A DNA stretch of 64,000 nt from Eledone cirrhosa (GCA_964016885.1 OZ024748.1:32364001-32428000), one strand, 5' to 3'. Counted from the stretch's first letter, positions 11,250 through 23,430 are shown. Numbers and translations: made by a program. The notes: generated by a model not told the origin, from the sequence alone.

Positions 11250-12256
11250 GAAAATTGCAAACTCCACTGTCACCACATATTATGAACCTGAAGATTGCGA
11301 AAGCATGAAAGTACTTGTTCAATTAACACTTAGAATTTAATATTCTATCATACTATTATATATTTTAAAGGATTGTAAATAAAACGAGTAAATCAGACAA
11401 AGTTGGAATTCCTCTTATTAATATAATCTTCTATACACAATCATACACACCCGTGTATATTTACCTATATATATATATGTATGTATGTATATAAAAAGTA
11501 AACATAACACAATCGGTAGTATATGGAAGGAATATATCAGGTTAACACTTGAAATACCAGCAAGAGGGTCTTAATATTTAACCGACAACCACTTCAACAC
11601 CTATTGATCAGGTGAACATCTCAGTCAGATTTTTATCCCCACCAGAAGATGAGATAGTGACATTTGTAAACACACAATCCCCACCCACTGGTGAAGAATG
11701 CACCTCCCAACATAACCCAGTAGTTAGTGACTTCATATACTTAGAAGAACTTGAAGACTGAGGACAACCTGGAGGAGAAGGATATGGAAGTTAAAGGACC
11801 CCTCAGCCAGTTCCAAATTTAGAGATATTTTGTTTGATCTTTACAACAGTAAGGAAGAACAAATAGAAACATACAATATAGAGGAACAGTGGGAGTTCCT
11901 GAAAGAAACTTTGCTGAAGGTGTCAAACTAGATCTGTGGCTGGAGCAGGGCTTCAGAGAGAAGGAGAGTAACTTGGTGGTGAAACACTAGGGTAGATGAA
12001 ACAATTAAGGTCAAGAGACAGGCATCTAAAAATGTCAGAATGGGGGAAGCTGGAGGGTACACTACCAGGAAGCTAGGCAAGAAGTATTCTTTGCAAGGAG
12101 GAAGCAGAGAATATATAATTTTCATTGCTTTTATGATGTGAGGACGAAATACATGAGATGTTCAGGATTGTGAGGCAGTGTGTGAGGGAAAATTGTGATG
12201 TTGGGGTAAAGTGTATCCAGGATGATATTGGGGCACTTGCCCTCACTGATGCTGAA

Positions 12257-12445
12257 TAGGTCAGCTGAAAAGTGCATAGGCAGACCAAGATACTCTCATG
12301 AAATGACCAAATGAGGTTTATTTTTCAATGGAAGGAAACAATGCAGTTATTAATAAGAAGAGTTGAAATTAGTGCAGGCAAGATTTCACAGCTCTAGCAT
12401 CATGCTATCATTGATAGTCTATGAACTTTTCAGCCAACCTTTGTA
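12257..12445. mobile_element. Mariner-type MITE inserted in the LINE
   Basis: Terminal inverted repeats AGGTCAGCTGAAAAGTGCATAGGC and GTCTATGAACTTTTCAGCCAACCT..TA. A related left end lies at ~35990-36040. Confidence 0.6.
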
Positions 12446-12880
12446 ACATGGAAATGCCTTTATGAAAGATTACTGAATGAGGAGAAACCAATGGAGGAAG
12501 ATAGTCTACGGAAAGTGGGCCCAACAGAGGGTCCAGCAATGCATGTAAGCAGTAGCGTAGTAAGGTAATTAAGGATATGAAGACAGAGAAAGTATCTTGT
12601 CCATTGGTGATAGTTGCTGAGATACTGAAAGTATCTGGGATGGTGGGTCACATCTTAACCACTGGCATCGTAAAGCAAGTAATACAAAATGGTGTCATAT
12701 CAAATCAATGGTGTAGTATCATCATCATCAACTTCTACAAGGACAAAGGAGTTGTACTAGAGCTAGAAAACTATAGAGACATGAAGATGTTAGAGTTATA
12801 ACACAGCTGATTAGGGACCAAGTTAACCTAGATGAGATGAAGTTTGGATTTGTGCCAGGTAAAAGTACCACTGATGTCCT

Positions 12881-13337
12881 TGTAGCAAGAGTTGCCTCCC
12901 TTGTCATGACAATCTCATCACCACTATTAGAAAGTAGCTGGAGTTACTTCCCTTTGGGGGTGATAGAACCCTTTTTATCACTTCCGGTCGGACCCTATAA
13001 AAGGAACAGGTTAGGACGATCTCTCTCTCGCCTGCTGAATCCCAAAGTGTTAACAACACCTGCGACCTTGTCATGAGATGATTCCTCTCTCATTTTCCTT
13101 CGCCACCAAGAAGAATGCAACCGGCAGCCTAAGAACCTAAGAAGATGTTAACACCTCCAAGAGAAGATCTCTGTTCTTCTCCACACACTTCAGCCTAGGA
13201 GTTGTGACCCACGGGTAATGATTTATTTGTATTAATCCCTTTGACTTCTGTGAAGTAAAAACCTTGTCACAACACACACCAGCATTTATTGTCATTTCTA
13301 ATAATTTTATATGTACACCGATACTAATTCTCTTAAA
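12881..13337 (+). mobile_element. Solo LTR with 4-bp TSD TCCT, related to the LTR at 3894
   Basis: The start TGTAGCAAGAGTTGCCTCCCTTGT and the TATA region CTTCCGGTCGGACCCTATAAAA match 3894 and ~3981. TCCT lies at 12877-12880 and 13338-13341. Removing the insert restores the LINE frame TTDVL-FLVWQLQE. Confidence 0.85.
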
Positions 13338-13993
13338 TCCTCTTCCTTGTGTGGCAACTGCAAGAGTATTACCTAGCTAAAATAAGCCCCTCTACTTGGC
13401 ATTTGTTGACCCAGAGAGAGCTTCTGTGAGACTTCCCCGTTCCATAATCTGGTGTGTAACTTAGAAAACTAAGGGTATATGAGTGGCTTGTGAGAGCAGT
13501 AAAAGCCATGTATGGAGGAACAGTCAGTAAGGTTAAAAGTAATGATGACTATAGTGAGGAGTTGAGTGAGCAAGTCTATCAGGGCTCTGTTTTAACCCTC
13601 TTCTGTTTATTATCATCCTGCAGGCTATTACATAAGAGTTTAAGACTGGCTGTCCATGGGAACTCCTGTATTCACATGATTGAACCCTTGTAGCTTAATC
13701 TATGGTAAAATTAGAGGAGAAATTCCAAACCTGGAAGCATGGCCTAGAATGAAAATGTCTTAAAGTTAACTTGGCAAAATAGAAAGGAAAAGAGGGCCTA
13801 GATCCCCTAAAAAAAAATGACCTTGCTCAGTCTAAAGGGAAGGAGTAGGTAGAAATTCCAAACTATGGATAGACAAGAGATGGGATCTCAGTGAGATTAG
13901 CAAAAGAATGTAAGTTTTGTATGTGCTTGATGCACAAGAGCAATAAGCAGCAAGAGCTCACAAAAAAACCAAAAAAAAACCAAGCTACTTTAA

Positions 13994-14218
13994 CCCTTTA
14001 GCATTTACATTACTCTATATATATACTATTATATTTTTGTGGTAAAGGCTTTATCTTACATAATTATTTCACATAATATCGAATCTATGAGATTTTGATA
14101 TTATTTATATTGAGAACAATACCTTAACGTCGGTATGAGTGGCCAATTATGGCCGGTTTGAACAGAAAGATGTGAGAGTATTCTGGCTGGATATGGCTGG
14201 TTTAAATGTCCAGAAGGG
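13994..14218. mobile_element. piggyBac-like MITE (TTAA target, CCC...GGG ends)
   Basis: TTAA|CCCTTTAGCATTTA ... TAAATG..AAGGG|TTAA. Same family as 24665-30608, in the opposite orientation. Confidence 0.75.
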
Positions 14219-14726
14219 TTAAATGTCCAGAAGGCTCTATAGAAACCGGTTCATAATTTCTGTTAACTAGATGACTAAATTAATAGTGGAGGTGGGTGTT
14301 CTGAAGGTACAGTAGCCTGAGTGAGAATGGGATGGAAAAAGTTTAGGGAGCTACTACTAATACTGCCTACAAAATGATTTCCCCTGAAAGTGAAAGGCAG
14401 ATTGTATGAAGTTTGTGTACGAACATCAATGTTACATTGAAGTGAGACCAGGGCAATATATTCAGAGGACCTATAAAGACTGGAAAGAAATGAAGTTTAC
14501 ATGATCTGATAGATGTGTAATAGTGTGCATGAACAACAAGCATTAATAAACTGAGTGAGAAACTAGGCATAAGAGAGGTCAGATGCAGTGTAGAGGAGAG
14601 GAGATTGTGGTGGTTTGGACACGTGATGTATATGGAAGATGACAGCTGTATAAAAAGGTACAGGGTTGTCAAAGTCGATGTTAACTATGAAAGAGGAAGA
14701 TCTAGAAAAGCTTGGGATGAAATAAT

Positions 14727-14823
14727 TGTTTCTACTTTTGGCACAAGGCCAGCAATTATCCCAGTGTATTACTGGTACTTTATTTTATTGACCCCGTAAG
14801 GATGGAAGGCAAAGTTAATCTCG
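14727..14823 (-). mobile_element. 5'-truncated SINE, 17-bp TSD
   Basis: TSD GCTTGGGATGAAATAAT at 14710-14726 and 14824-14840. Confidence 0.85.
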
Positions 14824-15263
14824 GCTTGGGATGAAATAATAAAAGCTCAACTTGCCCAATTAAACCTCTCAATGGAAATGTCACAGGATCGAGATCTCTG
14901 GCGTCATGCTGTACTGTAGAAGACCTCCCCCTTCCCATGTGCTGAAAATGAAATAAAACACACCAATCATCTCTTCACCCCTCCCCATTCATAATACCCT
15001 GCCCTCACCTGCTAACTATCCCTTACACCTCGTTGATGCTACAACAATAAAAACACCCAGTTCATCCTGTAAGGTTGTCATACAAAAGTGTGCAGTTCAC
15101 ATTGTAACGTGTTTCATCCAGCCTTAGAAACCAAACCAAAATACACATCCATATGAGCAACACCTGGTCTCCACACCTGACATGTCTCATAACGTGACAA
15201 CCTGTTTAACCCATGCAGGTGTGATAAAAATGAACGTTAAATGATAATGTTGATGATGATAAT

Positions 15264-15443
15264 TGTTTCTACTTTTGGCACAAGGCCAGCAATTACTCAG
15301 TACATTACTGGTACTTTATTTTATCGACCCCGTAAGGATGAAAGACAAAGTTAACCTCGGCGGGATTTGAACTCAGACAGTAAAGGGACGTAACTATGCT
15401 GGAAAGCATGGCGTCCGACTCTCTACCGATACTGCCAATCCAC
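15264..15443 (-). mobile_element. tRNA-derived SINE, full length, 13-bp TSD, inserted in the (TGA)n tail of an older retroelement
   Basis: TSD TGATGATGATAAT at 15251-15263 and 15444-15456. The body matches the 9919 copy. Confidence 0.85.
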
Positions 15444-15584
15444 TGATGATGATAATGATAGTATATAAACAAACGTAACGTAGTAAACTACCAAGGGAGA
15501 CAACTCCACCTTTGCTCAATTTAAATCCCATGTTAGTATGATTGAGCAAGACTTATAATTAAAGTTGTTCCAGCTGTGACTATC

Positions 15585-15669
<85 letters not shown>

Positions 15670-16431
15670 CATGCGGGTGTATGTGATTAAACTGCAGAAT
15701 ATGGTATTTGATGTTGCAAGACAGGAGAGCGTGATATTTGGCTGCTATTTCTACCAGGTCAAGTAACCAGGTAGGAGACTCTCGTTGATACGTAATAAAT
15801 ATTTCACTGAGAGATGCTGCTTGTTTTACCAGGTGTTGGATACAATTGATGGAGTGAATTGATATAACTGAAGATCTTTCTGAATGTATTAAATTATGCC
15901 AGGGACTTTTAACGTATGACACCGGTGTTATTTAAGAGCGGGGAAACATTTTCAAAGACACTATCTTAATTATAACTTTAATTAATCTAATTATATCTTA
16001 TGTAGCAATTATCTCATGTGAAGGTGAAAGTTAATATTCTGTAGATAACATAGAGTGAGCTACATGTTCCAGGGTAGGTGTTCCATCACCTACATGATTA
16101 AATATTTCATTTCATGAGGAACTAGGTTACATCGTGAATTGGTTGTTCCACATTTTACAGGACAGTGAGAAATAGGTTTAAATCACCAACATCTGAACAA
16201 TTAGCTTTCCTGGTCTTGACTTTACATTTGGACTTGAAATATAAAGTACGTATTATTTGTATTGTTAACACAGCAGATATTGTGTACTTTTCTATACTCC
16301 ATGGTGAACAATCCTCATTTATTAAGACACAAAGACACACACACTCTCTCTCTCTTACACTTTCTTACCCCGACATCAGTCTCACACACTCATATAACTT
16401 CAGAACTTCGAAGAATTGTTCAAGAATTACT

Positions 16432-17241
16432 ATGGAGGACGTTAAACACTTGGACATTTCTACCACACCTGTTTCTACCAATATAGATACAGTTACACAA
16501 ACATACAGTGGTGAGAAACCTTTACCTACTGAAACATGTACTGAACAAGGATCATTATACAGAAATATTCCTGAATATAGCTGTGATATTTGTAGGAAAA
16601 CTTTCTCATCAGAAGATGAATTATCTACACACAAACACATACATATTAAAGACAAACCCTATCATTGTGAAATATGTGGGAAATCTTTCACTGAAACTTC
16701 TCATCTTCGTGAACACATACGAAGTCACACAGGAGAGAAACCTTTTCATTGTGAAATATGTGGGAAATCTTTCAGTCTGAATTCCAATTTTGTTAGGCAT
16801 ATACGTAGTCACAGTGGGGAAAAACTATTTCACTGTGAAATATGTGGGAAATCTTTTGCTGAGAAAGCTAATCTTGTTATACATATACGTATTCACACTG
16901 GAGAGAAACCCTATCAATGTGAAGTATGTGGGAAATATTTTGCTGATAGTGCTGCTCTTGTAGTTCACAGAAGAACACACACTGGCGAGAAACCGTATCA
17001 ATGTGAAATATGTGGGAAAGCATTTGTAACAAGCAGTAAGTTAACTATACATAAAAGAACGCACACTGGAGAGAAACCCTATCACTGTGAAATATGTGGG
17101 AAATATTTTGTAACAAGCTGTTCTTTAACTATACATAAAAGAACACACACTGGAGAGAAACCGTGTTTTTGTGAAATATGTGGGAAATCTTTTGGCAGGA
17201 GTGATGTCTTAACTAAACACAAAAGAACACATACTGGATAG
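16432..17241 (+). CDS. C2H2 zinc-finger protein with 8 tandem fingers (~269 aa from ATG 16432; ORF open from 16165)
   Basis: Eight C-x2-C-x12-H-x3-H units, mostly joined by TGEKP(Y/F)-type linkers. The first ATG is at 16432 (MEDVKH). An upstream candidate splice acceptor TTTTACAG ends at 16160. The stop TAG replaces the linker Glu codon. Confidence 0.9.
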   Translation: MEDVKHLDISTTPVSTNIDTVTQTYSGEKPLPTETCTEQGSLYRNIPEYSCDICRKTFSSEDELSTHKHIHIKDKPYHCEICGKSFTETSHLREHIRSHTGEKPFHCEICGKSFSLNSNFVRHIRSHSGEKLFHCEICGKSFAEKANLVIHIRIHTGEKPYQCEVCGKYFADSAALVVHRRTHTGEKPYQCEICGKAFVTSSKLTIHKRTHTGEKPYHCEICGKYFVTSCSLTIHKRTHTGEKPCFCEICGKSFGRSDVLTKHKRTHTG

Positions 17242-17425
17242 AAACCCTATCACTGTGAAATATGTGGGAAATCTTTCATTAGTAACAGTGAATATAAGGA
17301 ACACAAAAAGCACACACTGGTGAAAAAGTTTTCACACTGAGAAATATGTGGGAAATGTTTTTCTCTAACAGTTACTTAGACACAAACACACAGAGGAAGG
17401 AAAGTTTTTAACTGTGAAACATGAG
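17242..17425 (+). pseudogene. Decayed extra zinc fingers in the 3'UTR
   Basis: The frame continues [23 protein letters not shown], followed by frameshifted CACACTGGTGAAAA..GAAATATGTGGGAAA remnants. Confidence 0.8.
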
Positions 17426-17743
17426 ACATCCTTCCTCTTACAAATCTAAACTTATTTTCCACCAATATCAAATGTGAATACTTGGCAGTTTGATAGACTA
17501 CAAACATTGCTGGCCATTTTTACAAATATATTTTCATTTGAAATTAAAATCTTTCTCTGATCTATTCTTGACCTTTTGAATTAGTTTTAAATCTATGCAA
17601 GAAATTTCAGCCGTGGTTTGTCAACACCAACATTCCCTGCTATAGTGTGTGTAATTAAGGGATGCTCTATCACCTGAGGTAATGTCCTGTCTGCTTTGTT
17701 AAATTTTAGAGGCCTACACCAACATTCCCTGCTATAGTGTGTG

Positions 17744-20700
17744 TGTACTGCCACCAGAAATAACATCTGTGAAATATACAGCGCCATCTACCTGTTTGCT
17801 AGCTACCTCAACGGGAAACAAAAGAACCTTTAAAAGCTACCGAATAAACACCTACACAGCGGCTAAACATCAAACGATTATTTCTGTATAAATAGAGTGG
17901 TTCCAAACACTTCACCAGTCGACATTTGGCAGAGTCAACTCGCGTATCGTTGTTCTTCACCTCTGCCACTCTTTGTCACTCACACGCCTTGTACCTCGTA
18001 TCGTCGCTTCATGTGAAAATAAATAGCTGATCGAATTTACATCTCGCCTTGCTTCGTCCTTTCAACTTGTGCTTTCGTCAGTCCATCCTCAACAGTTCTT
18101 TTAAGGGCTATATGCGACAACAGTCCTTTTAAGGGCTATCTTCAGATCTGATCAGACCGTATGCGATAACAGTCCTTCTAAGGGCTATTCTCGGATCTGA
18201 TCAGAAGTAGTGACTAGACTGACTAACCACGTCGCAACAATTGGTGACCCGAAAGTGAGTTGAACGCGCAACCAGATAGCACCTAAGAAAATATCAACAT
18301 GGACATGTCACAAACGACAGAGGCCGAGATTTCAGAGAGCGGGATGGTCAAATTAAAGCCCTCTCGAATCAAGTAGAGAACTTGACCGTTTAAACACACC
18401 GGCGATGCAGCAACAGTCAATCCAGGCCTTTTCACAGTCGAAGATCCAGAAGTCCCAGTCAAAATCGTGTGCCTGGCAACCTCTGCTGGTATCACGCAAA
18501 ATTCGGTGCACAGCCATCTAAGTGCAAAGCCGCGTGCTCTTTCTGGAATGCCACCCAGGGCCTAGCGACGACGTTCACCCCTGGTACTGAAAAGAAAAGT
18601 CGTTTAATTTTTATTAACAACCAGGCGACAGGCATCCGTTACCTCGTGGATACAAGAGCCCAGGTTAGTGTTATTCCTGTTTCACTAATCTTGGGCAAAA
18701 GACACCCAACACCGTCCTTTCTGCAGGCAGTGAACCGATCGTCAATTCCGACTTTCGTGGAAAAATCCCTGACCCTCAATTTAGGCCTGAGGTGGCGTTT
18801 TCAATGGGTGTTCTTCGTGGCAGACCTGCCGACCCCGATCCTAGGAGCCGATTTTCTCCACCACTTCAACCTTCTGGTGGATATGAAGAACCGGAGGCTT
18901 ATCGACACCACCACAAACCTCACTGTGAGAGGTATATTTACCACGCAATCAACAGTGAGCCCTGTAATTTGCCAATCAGAGCCTTCGCGGTACAACGGCA
19001 TTCTCCAGAAATACCCAGACATCACTCGCCCGGTATTTAAGGATGGTCCCATTAAGCATAGTGTCACGCACCACATCGAGACAATGGGACCACCCACAGC
19101 TGCCCGACCAAGGAGACTGCCTCCAGACCGATTGAGAATCGCCAAGCAGGAGTTCCAACACATGCTGGACCTCGGAATCATTCGCCCTTCCTCCAGCAAC
19201 TGGTCTGCACCCCTACACCTTGTTCCAAAAAAAAACGAGAATGATTGGCGACCATGTGGGGATTATCGTACACTTAACGATTCTACAGTGCCCGATAATT
19301 ACCCTGTACCTCACCTGCACGATTTTTCTGCCTCTCTGCAAGGCGCACGCATCTTTTCCAAGGTAGATTTGGTGCATGCATATAACCAGATACCTATGGA
19401 GCCTGCAGACATTCCGAAGACTGCAATCACAACACCGTTCGGTTTATTCGAATTCCTGCGAATGCCGTTCGGTCTGCGCAACGCTGCACAAACTTTTCAG
19501 CGGTTTATTGACACCGTGTTACGCGATCTACCCTTTGTATACGCGTATATTGACGACGTGCTGGTAGCAAGTACTTCCGAGCATGAACACGAGAAGCACT
19601 TAGATCTCCTTTTCCGACGTTTGGCTGAGTATGGTATCATCATCAACCCCAGCAAGTGCCTTCTTGGTGTTCCTTCACTGTCCTTTCTCGGGCACATCAT
19701 CGATAAAGACGGCATTCGTCCACTTCCCGAGAAAGTAGAAGCTATCCGCAGTTTTCCTGCACCTACATCACTTCGGAAACTGCGTGAATTCCTCGGTCTG
19801 GGGAATTTTTATAGGCGGTTCATCCCTCATTGTTCCGACACAGCCAGACTCCTCACGGACCTTCTTCATAACTGGACTCACAAAAACGAAGCACTCTAAA
19901 CGAGGAAGAATTAACATCTTTTAACTGCCTGAAGGAAATGTTGGCGAACGCTTCCATGCTCGTTTTCCCCAGGTCTGGCGCTCCTCTTTCGCTGCTAGTG
20001 GACGCATCAGACACGGGGGTTGGAAGCGTTCTACAACAACATGTCGACGGCGTGTGGCAACCCTTATCCTTCTTTTCTAAGCGGTTGCAACCGGCAGAAA
20101 CGAAATACAATACCTTTGGCCGTGAACTCTTGGCAACCTATCTTTCAGTTAAGCATTTTCGGCACATGCTCGAAGGATCAGATTTCGTGATCTACACGTA
20201 CAATAAACCACTAGTTTATGCGTTCCGTACCAAACCTGATCGACATTCACCGAGAGAACTCCGCCACCTGGATTTTGTCTCCCAATATTCAACTGATATT
20301 CGGCATATCAAGTGATCAGACAATGTAGCAGCTGACGCCCTGTCCCGAATCCAGCTGAACGCAATACATGTGCATTCAGGCATCGACCTTCAACAGATCG
20401 CAGCGGACCAAGAGACTGACGAAGAGTTTATCAAGCTCCGAGATTCACCATCCCTCAAGTTTCAGCAAGTTCCCATTCCTTCTTCTCCGGGACAAATTTG
20501 GTGCGACTTTTCTACCGGTCATGAACAACCGTACGTACCACAGATGCATCATCGACAAGTTTTTTCTGCTTTACACTGCTTGTCTCACCCGGGAATCCGG
20601 GCTATACAGAAACTCATCTCTGCTCGTTTTGTGTGGACATTAACAAGGACGTGCGCGACTGGTCCAGGAGCTGCATTGCCTGCCAGAAAGCCAAAGTCCA

Positions 20701-22916
20701 CAGACACATCAAAACTCCACTCGGCACATTCGCGCAACCTGATGCACGTATTCATCATGTGCATATCGACATCGTCGGACCTCTACCACCATCACAGAAC
20801 GACATACACTTGCTCACCTGCATAGATCGATTTTCTCGTTGGCCTGAGGCTTTTCCAATAAATGATACCTCAGCGGAAACAGTCGCTAAAACTTTGGTTT
20901 TACACTGGCTATCACGTTATGGCGCCCCAGCGAAGATAACAACGGACAGAGGACGCCAATTTGACTCCCACCTCTTCAGGGAACTGACTCGCCTATTAGG
21001 ATGTAAACACATCCGCACGACAGCTTATCACCCGCAAGCTAATGGTCTCGTGGAAAGATTCCATCGCCAATTGAAAGCTGCAATAAAAGCATATCCAGAC
21101 AAGACCCACTGGTTTGAATATCGGCCACTCATCCTTCTGGGCATTCAATCCACCGTTAAGGAGGAATTCGGACATACACCTGCAGAATTAGTGTACGGCA
21201 CCACCCTGGTTCTACCTGGTCAGATGGTTGCTCCCATCTCTCCTCAGGATGTTCCAGACCCAGGATCATACGTACACTGTCTTCGACAATATATGTCTCA
21301 CCTTGCTCCTGCAAGCACCCGTCAACAGAACACGGCCACACACATACCTTCAGACATTAAAGATTGGACACACGTTTTCGTTCGAAACGACACCATCTCA
21401 GCTCATCTTCGACCTCCATATTCTGGCCTTTATCGTGTTCTAAAAAAATATCCGAAATATTTTATTCTCGATCTAGATGGTAAACAGAATTCTGTCAGTG
21501 TGGACAGATTAAAAAAAAGCCATCATGGATACTGTTACAGTCTCTACACCAGAAACTCCAACAGATTGCTGTCCCAGTGAGCCACCTGTTTCATCTCCAG
21601 TCATGAGAAGCGGACGACACGTCCATTGGCCCGCAAAGTTGGCACAATATGTGAATTACCGTTAACCTCAAGTGAGTTTCTTAATCAGTCTTCGTGCAAA
21701 ACATTTCCATTTTTCTTGTGTTTACTATTTCCAGTTTCAAATACAATGAACTTTCTGCTTGAACAATTGCAATTTTTAGTGACCATGTGCTCATGTCACG
21801 AAGAACATTATTTATAATGAACATTATTTATTACAAACTCTATTTAAGAACAAACATTGTGTATATCATTTATTTTTCTTCTCTCTCTTGTTTTGCCAAA
21901 AAATGTTATTTTTCTTGTTCTGTAACATTGATTGTGTAATTGCCATAATTTTTATATACATACAAGGCGTGTACATATCCTGTTTTTCATGCACACTACA
22001 AAACCACGTTTGTTTCACCTTTTGGTTCATACACTGAGCAATAGATATTTGTGTCCCTCTAACTCTTACACTACAAAATGTTTTCTCTTTGATCACGTAT
22101 TTCACAAATTGCATCCTCAAAACACTGGCCTTCTTTTTTCACGTACACATTCACTCAATAGCTTGAGAATGCCTTGCTATTTTTTTATCACATGCATTCG
22201 CTCAAGTCATATGCTGTGGAGCAAACTGTTACTTTTAGGCAGCATGCTTACGGCCATTCAGTTCACACATTACGGTTATCTTCACTGCCCAGTTAGACTT
22301 TTTGTCACGTAATTCACAGGCAACTCAACCCAAATTGCAACAGGCTCATTCATCACGCCTGCATAAATCTGGTCAAAGTCATTTTATAGTTTATTTCTTT
22401 TTTCTCTTCCTGTCACACACATCTTGCCATATCATCTCTACATCGACTCTGTCCTGTACTCGATGATCACAAAATTTCACAACATGCTGGACACTCCTGG
22501 GGCTATTGTCATGACAAATGCACCACTGGCCCATTACTATACGATATTTCGCTCTTTTGTTGTACAAAAGATCTGGCAGGCGAAATGACATCTGTGAAAT
22601 ATACAGCGCCATCTACCTGTTAGCTAGCTACCTCAACGGGAAACAAAAGAACCCTTAAAAGCTACCAGAATAAATGCCTACACAGCGGCTAAACATCAAA
22701 CAATTATTTCTGTATAAATAGAGTGGTTCCAAACACTTCACCAGTCGACATTTGGCAGAGTCAACTCGCGTATCGTTGTTCTTCACCTCTGCCACGCTTT
22801 GTCACTCACACACGCCTTGTACCTCGTATCGTCGCTTCATGTGAAAATAAATAGCTGATCGAATTTACATCTCGCCCTGCTTCGTCCTTTCACCTTGAGC
22901 TTTCGTCTGTCCATCT
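17744..22916 (+). mobile_element. Ty3/Gypsy LTR retrotransposon, CsRn1-like, defective
   Basis: 5' LTR 17744-18239 (TG...CA), PBS TGGTGACCCG at 18242, and a 3' LTR at 22582-22916 truncated at both ends (about a dozen differences from the 5' LTR). Gag is mostly deleted but retains the CHCC motif CWYH..KC..AC. Confidence 0.93.
18469..21580 (+). pseudogene. pol: Gypsy pol (PR-RT-RNaseH-IN), broken by stops and frameshifts
   Basis: [10 protein letters not shown] (protease, G>R), MPFGLRNA and YIDD (RT), VDASDTGVG and RELLA (RNase H), HIDIVGP, TTDRG and VERFH (integrase DDE). Split across ORFs 18469, 19938, 20370 and 20633. Confidence 0.92.
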
Positions 22917-23430
22917 TAATGATATCATCTTGTAAGTAGTTTTAATACATCTAACACACATCTAAATCTCTGTTATTAACACCATATGTAATGATATCAT
23001 CTTGTAAGTAGTTTTAATACATCTAACACCCATCTAAATCTCTGTTATTAACACCATATGTAATGATATCATCTTGTACGTAGTTTTAACACATCTTACA
23101 CCCATCTAAGTCTCTGTTATTAACACCATATGTAATGATATCATCTTGTACGTAGTTTTAACACATCTAACACCCATCTAAGTCTCTGTTATTAACACCA
23201 TATATAATTGTTTCTACTTTTGGCACAAGGCCAGCAATTATCCTAGTGTATTACTGGTACTTTATTTTATCGACCCCATAAGGATGAAAGGCAAAGTTAA
23301 CCTCGGCGGGATTTGAACTCAGACCATGAAGGGCCGTAACTCTTTGCTGCAAAGCATGGTTTGCGCCCTCTACTGATACTGCCAATCCACCATGATATCA
23401 TCTTGTAAGTAGTTTTAATACATCTAACAC
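22917..23430. repeat. 72-bp minisatellite (4 units plus a partial fifth after a SINE insertion)
   Basis: TAATGATATCATCTTGT starts at 22917, 22989, 23061 and 23133, and resumes at ~23392. Confidence 0.9.
23209..23390 (-). mobile_element. tRNA-derived SINE inserted in the minisatellite
   Basis: Same family body as the 9919 and 15264 copies. Confidence 0.85.

Larger units (their letters stand above)
11760..14925 (+). mobile_element. Long decayed RTE-type LINE carrying four nested insertions
   Basis: Collinear remnants RRRIWKLKDP (~11775), AEILKVSGMVG..GVISNQW (12577-12801), KFGFVPGKSTTD (12837), RAVKAMYG (13490) and WWFGHVMYMEDD..GRSRKAW (14605). Confidence 0.85.

Noticed and set aside
17239-17241. 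A-to-I editing of UAG to UIG giving ZNF read-through
   Set aside because: The next finger is frameshifted (HKKH spacing, then out of frame), so read-through would not restore an intact finger. There is no evidence in the DNA alone.
17779-17792. CTCF-like motif (CAGCGCCATCTAC) in both LTRs of the plus-strand Gypsy
   Set aside because: It is a partial match only, GCGCCATCT is common in LTRs, and it cannot be supported without binding data.
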